Below the pieces are notes generated by a model. It was not told where the DNA came from. It searched no databases and saw nothing but the letters and a program-made list of their open reading frames with translations. Below, one piece after another: positions 7,729-15,846 of a DNA stretch of 19,287 nt (its first letter is position 1; each line of letters starts with the position of its first letter). The stretch covers positions 1 through 19,287 of the forward strand of contig CAYVGZ010000023.1 in assembly GCA_964450845.1 (NCBI GenBank), read 5' to 3'. This DNA comes from an uncultured Candidatus Bathyarchaeia archaeon (GTDB lineage Archaea; Thermoproteota; Bathyarchaeia; Bathyarchaeales; Bathycorpusculaceae). Made by a program: the position numbers and the translations under genes.

Positions 7729-9111
7729 TTGGTGAAAAGAGGTTTGGAGTCAAAACTTTTTGGCAGTTCCGGCGTACGAGGCTTAGTTAATGTTGATTTG
7801 ACGCCAATTTTGGCTGCTAAAATAGGTTTGGCTGTCGTAACATTTTCTAAGGCGAAAAAGGTGCTTGTGGCTCGGGACACCAGAGTTTCAGGTTTAATGC
7901 TTGAAGACGCGTTGGTTTCTGGTTTTTTGGCTGGGGGAGCCAATGTTAATTGTTTAGGTGTTATGCCTACGCCTGTTTTGGCGTATTTGACTAAGAAGCT
8001 TAAGGCTGATGCTGGTGTAATGATTACGGCTTCACATAATCCGCCACAATACAATGGCATAAAAATTTTCGGTAAAAACAGTCTAGCCTATGGTGACGCA
8101 AGCCAAGATGCAGTTGAAAAGGTGATTGAAAACGAAAGTTTTAGGAGGGCGAATTGGCGAAACGTTGGCGAAGCCCTGTGTGTGGATGAGAGTCATTTCT
8201 ATGTTGAAATGATACGAAAACGCACAAAATTGCATAAGAAATGGCATGTAATAGTTGACTCTGGATGCGGGGCAACATATAATCTTGCTGCAGTGATTTT
8301 TGAAAGGTTGGGATGTAAAGTAACACCTATAAATTCTCAGCCAGACGGGTTTTTTCCAGCTAGAAGCCCTGAACCAAATATTGAGTCTTTGAAGCCTCTG
8401 GCTAAAATTGTTCTAGAGTTAGATGCGGATTTGGGGATAGGCTACGACGGTGATGGTGATAGGGCGGCTTTCATCGATGCGAAAGGCAATTTTGTGGATT
8501 TTGACCGTATTTTAGCTGCTTATTCTACGCATGTTGTAAAGAAAAGCGGTGGGGGAATCGTGGTGGTAAATGTTGAGGCATCGATGTGCGTTGAAAAAAT
8601 GGTGGAGGCACGGGGCGGAAAAGTGGTGAGGACAAGGGTTGGCGATGTTTATGTTGCAGAAGCCATAAAACAGTATAACGCTGTCTTTGGGGGAGAACCC
8701 TGCGGAGCTTGGATACATCCCCAATTTCATTGTTGCCCAGACGGGATACTTTCGTCTGTGATGCTTCTGAAAGCCTTAGAAGATGAAAATAAGAGTTTGT
8801 CGGAATTTATTGCTGAAACGCCACAGTATAAAACCCTCAGAGAAAACATCGCCTGCAAGAACGAGGTAAAATATAAGGTTATGAAAAAAGTGGAGGGAGG
8901 CTTAAGGGCTGTTTTTCCAGCGTATAAGGAATATTCAACTGTTGACGGTGTCCGCCTAGCCCTCAGAAATGGGTGGGTTTTGGTTAGAGCATCTGGCACC
9001 GAACCCCGTGTAAGGGTAACAGTGGAAGGTGAATCATTAAAAGCAGCAAAGGAAATAATGAAGAAGGGAGTGACTCTCGTCAATAAATTGGTTGGTGAAA
9101 TGGAGAAATGA
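7729..9111 (+). CDS. glmM: Phosphoglucosamine mutase (alpha-D-phosphohexomutase family)
   Basis: FGSSGVRG, phosphoserine loop ITASHNP, metal loop DGDGDR and sugar loop GGEPCG. Translationally coupled to glmU by an ATGA overlap. The start may be TTG 7729 or GTG 7732. Confidence 0.88.
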   Translation: MVKRGLESKLFGSSGVRGLVNVDLTPILAAKIGLAVVTFSKAKKVLVARDTRVSGLMLEDALVSGFLAGGANVNCLGVMPTPVLAYLTKKLKADAGVMITASHNPPQYNGIKIFGKNSLAYGDASQDAVEKVIENESFRRANWRNVGEALCVDESHFYVEMIRKRTKLHKKWHVIVDSGCGATYNLAAVIFERLGCKVTPINSQPDGFFPARSPEPNIESLKPLAKIVLELDADLGIGYDGDGDRAAFIDAKGNFVDFDRILAAYSTHVVKKSGGGIVVVNVEASMCVEKMVEARGGKVVRTRVGDVYVAEAIKQYNAVFGGEPCGAWIHPQFHCCPDGILSSVMLLKALEDENKSLSEFIAETPQYKTLRENIACKNEVKYKVMKKVEGGLRAVFPAYKEYSTVDGVRLALRNGWVLVRASGTEPRVRVTVEGESLKAAKEIMKKGVTLVNKLVGEMEK

Positions 9112-10388
9112 AGGCTGTAATTTTGGCTGCTGGAGAAGGTGTGAGACTTCAGCCAATCACATCAACGAGACCAAAACACTTGATAAAAGTTGGTGGAAAA
9201 CCAATACTTGAACACTGTTTAAATGCTGTGAAAACTTCTGGAATAGACGAAGCGTTAATAGTTATTCATTACATGGAAAATGTGATTCGCCAATATTTCG
9301 GTGATGGCAAAAAATTTGGATTAAAAATTGAGTATGTTGAGCAAAAAGCGATAATTGGAACGGGCAATGCCGTAAGCCTTGCTGAACCGCACGTGAAAGA
9401 TGATTTCCTAATGGTTTATGGCGATTTACTGTTCTCTGCTGATGCGGTGAAAAATGTTATTGACTTGTATGAAAAAGAAAAACCAGCCGCAACAATGGCT
9501 GTTGTCCCAGTTGAAAATCCTGAAGATTATGGCATAGTGGAACTTGAAGATGAGAAACATGTTAAGCGAGTAGTTGAGAAGCCGAAGCGTGAGGAAGCTC
9601 CGTCAAACTTGGCTAATGCTGGCATTTATGTTTTCTCAACAGAAATATTTGATAAAATAAGGGAGACTTCGTCTTCATCGAGAGGTGAATGGGAAATCAC
9701 AGACGCTGTTTCGCAATTGCTGAAAGAGAAAAAGACGGTTTTAGCCGTTAAAGTTTCACAAGATGATTGGGTGGACATTGGAAGACCATGGGATTTGCTT
9801 GAGGCAAACCGTTGGGCATTGGAGAGAATGAACCACAAAGTTTGTGGATTTATAGAAAATGGCGCATATCTTGTTGGTCCGGTTACTGTTGCGGAGACTG
9901 CGCGCATACGTTCAGGAGCTTATATCGAAGGCCCAGCGTTGATAGATGAAGAAAGTGACATAGGGCCTAACTGCTATATTCGTCCTTATACGAGCGTAGG
10001 CAAAAAAGTGCGGATAGGGAATGCTTGTGAAATAAAAAACAGCCTAATCATGGATAAAGTGCATATTGGACATTTGTCTTATGTTGGCGACAGCATATTG
10101 GGAGAAGACTGCAATTTGGGCGCGGGCACAGTGACGGCTAATTATCGGCTTGACAGTGGGACGATAAAGATGGCGGTTAAGGATAGGGTTGTGGATAGTG
10201 GGAGAAGGAAGCTTGGGGCAGTTTTAGGCGATAATGTAAAGGCTGGGATTAATGCACTTTTTATGCCTGGCGTTAAAGTGGGGAGTAATAGTCAAATTGG
10301 ACCTGACGTTATTGTTTATCGTGATGTGCCAGCGGATACTGTTGTGTTGTTGAAGCAAAACCTCGAAGAAAGAAAGCTAAATCCTTGA
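9108..10388 (+). CDS. glmU: Bifunctional sugar-1-phosphate nucleotidylyltransferase/acetyltransferase (archaeal GlmU-type)
   Basis: ILAAGEGVRLQPIT...PKHL nucleotidyltransferase motif, YGD, VEKP, and C-terminal hexapeptide repeats with HLSYVGDS. Confidence 0.9.
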   Translation: MKAVILAAGEGVRLQPITSTRPKHLIKVGGKPILEHCLNAVKTSGIDEALIVIHYMENVIRQYFGDGKKFGLKIEYVEQKAIIGTGNAVSLAEPHVKDDFLMVYGDLLFSADAVKNVIDLYEKEKPAATMAVVPVENPEDYGIVELEDEKHVKRVVEKPKREEAPSNLANAGIYVFSTEIFDKIRETSSSSRGEWEITDAVSQLLKEKKTVLAVKVSQDDWVDIGRPWDLLEANRWALERMNHKVCGFIENGAYLVGPVTVAETARIRSGAYIEGPALIDEESDIGPNCYIRPYTSVGKKVRIGNACEIKNSLIMDKVHIGHLSYVGDSILGEDCNLGAGTVTANYRLDSGTIKMAVKDRVVDSGRRKLGAVLGDNVKAGINALFMPGVKVGSNSQIGPDVIVYRDVPADTVVLLKQNLEERKLNP

Positions 10389-10400
10389 TTGTTAAGTGGC

Positions 10401-10437
10401 GTGTTTGTGTGTGCGTGCAACAGCGCTAGACTCCCCT
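10401..10437 (-). repeat. Copy 3 of the dispersed polar repeat
   Basis: The reverse complement aggggagtctagcgctgttgcacgcacacacaaacac aligns with 4971-5005. Confidence 0.85.
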
Positions 10438-10440
10438 TTT

Positions 10441-10660
10441 GGGGCCTAATATGATGAGATGCGGAAGAATTATGGTTTGAATGGTTTTGCATGGGACGTT
10501 GCCGTGTTTTCATGGCGAGTCACCTTCTTTGTATTTGAAGATATCACTAGCTTACATTTTCTGCATCGATAGGCTTCTACATTTGTTATGTGATACGGAT
10601 AACCTCTGCTGACGATTATCTCCCCATTTAAAAGCCTTCTAGAGAGAAATTCTATCTCCC
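10441..10660 (-). pseudogene. Probable remnants of one or two small genes (zinc-ribbon-like fragment plus an orphan RBS-ATG)
   Basis: The minus-strand frame 10625-10542 reads GEIIVSRGYPYHITNVEAYRCRKCKLVI. It has one CxxC knuckle, no partner knuckle and no good start. A strong AGGTGA-N6-ATG at 10525-10511 opens a frame that runs into the repeat and antisense into glmU. Confidence 0.4.
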
Positions 10661-10720
10661 TTTGTTTAAACCCTAAATATATGTTTTCACAACTGTTAGG
10701 CACTAGTGGAGGTTTAAAAG

Positions 10721-11143
10721 TTGTCTGTAGCACAGAGAAAATTTTTCACGGAAGTCACAGCATTAATGGATAAAAATGTTATTATTTCAACTACAACTGA
10801 AAAAACATATAGCGGCACGTTAATCGGCATCAACCCCGACACCTTAAGCCTATGTCTAGCAGAAGCAAAAGACCAAGAAGGAAAAACCTTACACAGGGTT
10901 TTCCTCAACGGTAACATTGTTGCCCAAATATTAAGCGTGGAAAAACCCTTCGACATAAAATCTTTAGCAGACCGTTTGGAAAAGGTGTTTCCAACGATGG
11001 TTAGACTCTATGAGGATAAAGGGTTCATTTGGGTCATGGACAAAGTTAAAGTAACAGAGAAAGGCGTAGCAGAAGGCTCAGGTCCAGCTGCGGAGCGTGT
11101 GCAAAAAGTCTACGAACAGTTTATCAGCGAAATAAAGGGCTAA
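10721..11143 (+). CDS. Sm-like archaeal protein with C-terminal extension (SmAP3 type; Lsm plus Lsm_C)
   Basis: N-terminal Sm fold (YSGTLIGINPDTLSLCLAEA...VFLNGNIVAQI) plus C-terminal domain FDIKSLADRLEKVFP...GSGPAAERVQKVYEQF. TTG start with GGAGGT RBS at 10708-10713. Confidence 0.88.
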   Translation: MSVAQRKFFTEVTALMDKNVIISTTTEKTYSGTLIGINPDTLSLCLAEAKDQEGKTLHRVFLNGNIVAQILSVEKPFDIKSLADRLEKVFPTMVRLYEDKGFIWVMDKVKVTEKGVAEGSGPAAERVQKVYEQFISEIKG

Positions 11144-11892
11144 ATAGACCAGCGAAACTGCTGTTCCTCTTTCTTCCTTTCTTCTTGAACGCTTCTAACT
11201 AAACCAAAGGATTCCAAAATTTTCTGAGTTGTTTCAACAGCCGCATCCAACCCTGACAAGTCAACGGTCAAGTTCAAATATTTGCATAAGGCTGACAAAG
11301 TATGATGCGCAGCATTTGCATCTGGGTGCATGCCCAGAGTCTCCACCAAAAGCGAATAGCCCCTAAACCCTCTAATTTTGCCCAAACCCATCAGAACCCC
11401 AGCAACACCAAATATGTTCCCAACCATTATCTTTGCTCCAAGGCTTAGAGCTTCATTTAACGTTTCAGAATCCGTGGCTGCACAGTAGATTTGCGGGGTT
11501 GTTTTCGATTCTTCTATTTTAAACCCGCCTAGAGTAATCACGTAACGGCAACCTAACTCTTCAGCGATGTCCAAAACACGTCCACAAAGCTCATACTGCC
11601 CAAAAGTTGTTAACGCCTGCGTATTGCCATACCAAATGATTAAGTCACGACCGCCATCGCTTCTTTTGTAATAATACAGTTCATTTATTGGAGAAATAGT
11701 GCCACCTGTTTTAGTGGTAACCGCTAAATCTTGGAAGGAAGCAGACAAAATCCTGCCGAAAAGCTTAGCTTTTAACTCATGAATCAAATGCAAAGCTGCA
11801 ATGTTAGCTACGAATCCTATTCCCGGCAAGCCCTCAATTAAAACAGGATTATTCAGTTTTGGCTTTTCGTAAATCTCAATTGTGCAAACCAT
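11140..11892 (-). CDS. PAC2-family proteasome assembly chaperone (Pba-like)
   Basis: LIEGLPGIGFVANIAALHLI, ITLGG and GNIFGVAGVLMGLG motifs; 250 aa. Confidence 0.88.
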   Translation of the reverse strand: MVCTIEIYEKPKLNNPVLIEGLPGIGFVANIAALHLIHELKAKLFGRILSASFQDLAVTTKTGGTISPINELYYYKRSDGGRDLIIWYGNTQALTTFGQYELCGRVLDIAEELGCRYVITLGGFKIEESKTTPQIYCAATDSETLNEALSLGAKIMVGNIFGVAGVLMGLGKIRGFRGYSLLVETLGMHPDANAAHHTLSALCKYLNLTVDLSGLDAAVETTQKILESFGLVRSVQEERKKEEQQFRWSI

Positions 11893-11954
11893 TTTTTGGC
11901 TTCCCTTGTAATAGACACGTATGTAGAGAAAATCATAATATAAGTGTGTTTAGC

Positions 11955-12055
11955 CGAAATGAACCCACGCCATGTACGAGGGATAGTTGATACCGCTTCT
12001 GCTGAAAGAAACCAGAGTCAAAGCGGAAAAGTCTAGATAGCGACATTCTTGCATC
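11955..12055 (+). ncRNA. Candidate small structured RNA (unassigned)
   Basis: Intergenic region with a nested imperfect stem: 11979-11984/12045-12050, 11986-11992/12038-12044, 11993-11998/12021-12026, 11999-12001/12013-12015. It lies downstream of a TATA-like motif shared with the tgtA upstream region. No known family recognised. Confidence 0.25.
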
Positions 12056-12080
12056 TTATCTTTGATTGCGGCGCGTTGCC

Positions 12081-14129
12081 TTATCCAAAGGTGACAAGTT
12101 TTGTTTTTTCCAAATCTCGCAGAAACTTTAACGCATATTCAGGATTGGTTTCGTTGTATTCCGCTGAAACGGCTTTAAGGATGTCGTAGGCGTTTCGTTT
12201 TCCATCCATGAAGTTCACAAACTCGGCAGTTTTTTTGCTGAAGCTGCGGTCTTTTTCATCAATTTCCCGATACCATTCATACTCTTTTTCTCCTAAAGCC
12301 TCTTTCAGCAAGTCAAAGTTCAGCGTGCCTTTGAACAGGCGTTTAGGAATTAATCTTTTCAGTTCTGTGTCGGCTTCTGTTTCTTCAAGCTTGGCTGGGA
12401 TAGTTATGGCTGATGTTTTTGCGATGAAACTCTGTATTTCTTCGAGTTTTGCAGTTTTCTGTTGAGTTCGGTTTGCTATGTCTTCGCACAGTTTGTGTAT
12501 TAGAGTGTCAAGTTCATGGTTTTCTCCGAGTCTTTTTACTGATTTTATTGCTTGCTGTTCGCGCCACATTAAGTGTTCTATTTTGTTTTTGTAATGGAAA
12601 GCGGTTTTTGCTATTTCTTTGGCTTGTTCAGTGGGTTTGTCTTTGAGTTTTGGGTCTTCTTTTTTCTTGAACAGTTCTTCAACGCCTTTTTGGGCAGTTT
12701 CTTCGATTCTGATGATGCCTTTTGAAGCAGTCTGGTTTGCTAGTTGGAATGCAGTTTCAGCCGTGGCATTGGCGAGTGTTAGGACAGCCATTGTGGTCAT
12801 CCATCCGACTCGTTTGAGAGAGTCTTCGCTGACTTTGTCGACGGTGTCCATGCTTGTGTGGTAGTAGAGGTCTGGCCATTGGATTAGCATAACACATGGG
12901 GCACCTATGGAGGAGTTTGTGAATTCGGCGTGGTCGCTTCCGCCGCTGAAAGCTGTGGTGTTGTAGCGGAACGTGGACGAGGAGCCGAAGACTGTTACTG
13001 TGTCGAATTCTTTGATTGACTGTTCTATGAGGCTGTAAACGTAGTCGTTTAGATATGATGGGCAGGAGTCTGGTGTGCGGTCTAAGTTTAGGGTAGATCT
13101 GCATAGTTCTTGGTTTTGGCCTACCATGTCTAGGTTTAATCCTGCTATAAAGTGGTTAAATGTGTCTTCGTGGTGAGATAGGTAGGCTACTGTGCCCAAG
13201 GTTTCAGGAACCCAGAAAAAGCGTATAGTTCTTGCTGGAGGTTCAATTTTTCCAGAATTTATCAGTGCTATTATGGTTCTGGCGATTTCTAAGAGTAATC
13301 CGCTTCCTGAAGCATTGTCATTGGCGCTTGGTTTTGGGTGGCAGAGGTGCGCGATTAAGAAGATTTCTTCGTTTGGTTTTTGTTTGCCTTGTATTGTGGC
13401 GGTTATGACTTCTTCGTTGCCTGGAAAGATTTGGGCGTCTACTTTGGCTTTAAGCTTCACGGTTTTGTCCTTTTTTAGTAATGCTCGTAGTTGGTTGCCT
13501 TGACGTTTGCTTAAAGAAAAGCCGAAAGTGACCTTGTCTTGTTCTTTTGCTGTGGGCCAGATGCTTTGATATGCATGAGCGTCTGGTATGTCTAGGCTTT
13601 CGCGGACGTTTGGCATTTCGTAGGTAATCGTGTCTGTAATGACGCCTGCAGCGCCGTGTTTGTAGACGGCTTGTTCGTGGACGAGTTTGGCTCTGCCCGT
13701 GGCTAGGACAAATTTGCCTTTTACGTCTTTGCCTTCGTAGTCTTCGGGTTTAGTGCCAGTGCCAACGTCGATGAGTTCGGCTGTGACTCCTTCTGGAGGT
13801 GTGGCTTTGCTGTAAGTGTGCAAGCATTGAGGGGTGTCTTCGTATCGCACAATCAGTTTTTCTTCTGGTTCTATGAGGCTTAATTCGGCGCTTTTTACTG
13901 TCCAGCCGATGGGAGAAGTGTAGGTCCAGTATTTGGTTTTGCCGTCTGCTGGAAACTGTTCAATCGTTGCATCCGTTAAGCCTATTTTTAATAGTTCGTT
14001 TTTGACGTATTCTGCGGCTTCGTGGAACATTGTGGAGCCTTGAATCCTGTGAAACCTACAGATTTGCGCCACAAAAGACTTAGCAACAACACCAGAAAGC
14101 TCATCCTTAACAAGTTTATTCAAATTCAT
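12081..14129 (-). CDS. M28-family metallopeptidase (DUF4910-like) with PA-like insert and C-terminal winged-helix-like domain
   Basis: AHLCHPKPSANDNASG, PETLGT, LNLDMVG, GGSDH and YHTSMD motifs. The track start is 14144; ATG 14129 is more likely. Confidence 0.82.
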   Translation of the reverse strand: MNLNKLVKDELSGVVAKSFVAQICRFHRIQGSTMFHEAAEYVKNELLKIGLTDATIEQFPADGKTKYWTYTSPIGWTVKSAELSLIEPEEKLIVRYEDTPQCLHTYSKATPPEGVTAELIDVGTGTKPEDYEGKDVKGKFVLATGRAKLVHEQAVYKHGAAGVITDTITYEMPNVRESLDIPDAHAYQSIWPTAKEQDKVTFGFSLSKRQGNQLRALLKKDKTVKLKAKVDAQIFPGNEEVITATIQGKQKPNEEIFLIAHLCHPKPSANDNASGSGLLLEIARTIIALINSGKIEPPARTIRFFWVPETLGTVAYLSHHEDTFNHFIAGLNLDMVGQNQELCRSTLNLDRTPDSCPSYLNDYVYSLIEQSIKEFDTVTVFGSSSTFRYNTTAFSGGSDHAEFTNSSIGAPCVMLIQWPDLYYHTSMDTVDKVSEDSLKRVGWMTTMAVLTLANATAETAFQLANQTASKGIIRIEETAQKGVEELFKKKEDPKLKDKPTEQAKEIAKTAFHYKNKIEHLMWREQQAIKSVKRLGENHELDTLIHKLCEDIANRTQQKTAKLEEIQSFIAKTSAITIPAKLEETEADTELKRLIPKRLFKGTLNFDLLKEALGEKEYEWYREIDEKDRSFSKKTAEFVNFMDGKRNAYDILKAVSAEYNETNPEYALKFLRDLEKTKLVTFG

Positions 14130-14144
14130 CTTGAAACCACACAA

Positions 14145-14204
14145 TTTAAGTCGCTATATTTGTTTTATATTTTTATAAGTGTGTTTGTCTGATTTTGTCT
14201 AGGT
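14145..14204. promoter_or_regulatory. Divergent promoter region between the M28 peptidase gene and tgtA
   Basis: AT-rich tatatttgttttatatttttataag with TATA-like boxes between two divergent starts. Confidence 0.55.
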
Positions 14205-14207
14205 TTG

Positions 14208-15812
14208 ATGATGGGTTTTGAGATAAAAGAAAAAGACCTGCTTGCGAGAATCGGGAAACTCGAAACTAAGAGCGGCATAGTAGAAACGCCGTTGCTGTTT
14301 CCCGTGATAAACCCAGTCATCCAACCCATACCTCCAAAAAATATAAGGGAAGCATTCGGTTTTGAAGCCATTATAGCCAATGCGTATATTTTGAGAAAAC
14401 GTTTCCAGAATCAACCCGTAGAAGATGGTTTACACAAGTTTTTAGGTTTCAACAGAACCATAATGACCGATTCTGGTGCGTACCAAATCCTCGTTTACGG
14501 CGACATAGAAACAAGTCCAAAAGAAATCGTGGAATACCAAGAGCAAATAGACACAGACATCGCCACCATCTTGGACATTCCAACAGGCTGGAAAATCTCC
14601 GAGGAACATGCACAACAAACGGTGAAGGAAACCTTAAAACGAGCCAAACAGCTTTTCACCCAAAAAACCCGCGACGACATCCTCTGGGTGGGACCAGTTC
14701 AAGGAGGAAAATACTTAAACCTCGTAGCCAAATCCGCCAAAGAAATGGGCAAACTACCATTTCAAATACACGCATTGGGAAGCCCAACAGAAGTGATGGA
14801 ACGCTACCGCTTCGACGTCCTAGTCGACATGATAATGACTGCTAAAATGAACCTGCCTCTGGACAGACCGCTTCACCTTTTTGGGGCTGGACATCCCTTC
14901 ATGTTCGCTTTGGCTGTAGCGCTTGGATGCGACCTTTTTGATTCTGCTGCCTACGCAATTTATGCCCGACAAAACCGTTACATGACCGAAAACGGAACGT
15001 ATAGGCTTAATGAGTTAGACTATTTTCCGTGCACATGCCCGAAATGCGTAAAAACTACGCCAAAACAAGTTTTGGAAATGTCAAAAAACGAAAGAGAAGT
15101 CTTTCTTGCAGAACACAATCTCTATGTCTGCAGTGCTGAACTGAAACGCATAAAACAAGCAATAAAAGACGGCAGACTGTGGGAACATTTAGAAATGCGA
15201 GCACACGCACACCCAGCCCTAATTCAAGCCGTAAAAAAACTGGGCAAATATGAAGAATACGTAGAAAAACACGCTCCAACAGTGAAAAAAAGCGGCTTAT
15301 TCTTCTTCAATTCCACAAGCCTAATGCGACCCGAAGTCGTTCACTACAGAAAAAACTTTAAGGCAAGATACACACCGCCAAAGCAAACCAAAATCCTCCT
15401 TCTCATGCCACAAACTCGAACAAAACCTTTCAGCAAATCACAAGAATACAAACAATTCGCAAAGCTGCTCAAAAACGAACCAAAACAAAAGCTAAACAAA
15501 ATTCATGTATGCTTCTATGCGGCACCATTCGGCGTAATCCCGATAGAACTCGACGAAACCTATCCACTATCCCAACACGAAACCGTCCAACCACTAGACA
15601 AAGAAACAATAACATACATAGCCAACCAAATAGCAGACTACATCAACCGAACAAACTACAAAACAATCATACTCCTAAACGACCCAGAAAACTGGAACAA
15701 AACAATCCTAAACACATGCAAAAAAACCTGCCAACAAAAAAACATCAAATTCAAAACCATCAACACCAAAAAACGCTCCATAAGAAATCTTCGACTTGCA
15801 CTAAAAACTTAA
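14208..15812 (+). CDS. tgtA: Archaeosine tRNA-guanine(15) transglycosylase, lacking a recognisable PUA domain
   Basis: TPLLFPVINP, IMTDSGAYQ, GPVQGG, HLFGAGHP, CDLFDSAAY, zinc site CTCPKC...EHNL, and C1-type motif PFGVIPIELDETYPLSQHE. The start may be 14205, 14208 or 14211. Confidence 0.93.
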   Translation: MMGFEIKEKDLLARIGKLETKSGIVETPLLFPVINPVIQPIPPKNIREAFGFEAIIANAYILRKRFQNQPVEDGLHKFLGFNRTIMTDSGAYQILVYGDIETSPKEIVEYQEQIDTDIATILDIPTGWKISEEHAQQTVKETLKRAKQLFTQKTRDDILWVGPVQGGKYLNLVAKSAKEMGKLPFQIHALGSPTEVMERYRFDVLVDMIMTAKMNLPLDRPLHLFGAGHPFMFALAVALGCDLFDSAAYAIYARQNRYMTENGTYRLNELDYFPCTCPKCVKTTPKQVLEMSKNEREVFLAEHNLYVCSAELKRIKQAIKDGRLWEHLEMRAHAHPALIQAVKKLGKYEEYVEKHAPTVKKSGLFFFNSTSLMRPEVVHYRKNFKARYTPPKQTKILLLMPQTRTKPFSKSQEYKQFAKLLKNEPKQKLNKIHVCFYAAPFGVIPIELDETYPLSQHETVQPLDKETITYIANQIADYINRTNYKTIILLNDPENWNKTILNTCKKTCQQKNIKFKTINTKKRSIRNLRLALKT

Positions 15813-15820
15813 AGTTCAAC

Positions 15821-15846
15821 CTATATATAAGGGGGTCTAGTCGCTT
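15821..15846 (+). repeat. Partial copy 4 (left half) of the dispersed polar repeat
   Basis: ctatatataagggggtctagtcgctt resembles ctataaatagaggggctctaagctgtt (4961-4987) and aggggagtctagcgctgtt (copy 3). Confidence 0.55.

Noticed and set aside
11956-11975. Minus-strand ggcgtgggttca resembling a tRNA T-arm
   Set aside because: No closing T-stem, anticodon arm or acceptor stem can be built.
11995-12035. ctgaaaga...gaaa resembling a hammerhead core, or a riboswitch or H/ACA RNA
   Set aside because: It does not match CUGANGA spacing, has no bipartite pseudouridylation pocket and has no recognisable aptamer consensus.
1716-13104. Same-strand alternative-frame ORFs 1716-1946, 4545-4733 and 12757-13104
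   Set aside because: They lie inside well-supported genes in A+C-rich coding patches and have no motifs, consistent with the same stop-depletion artefact.
4961-15846. Repeat family read as CRISPR, MITE or DNA-uptake sequence
   Set aside because: There is no regular repeat-spacer array and no terminal inverted repeats. Full copies are only intergenic; the 10-nt match at 7500-7509 within a CDS is plausibly chance. An uptake sequence would be expected in coding DNA too.
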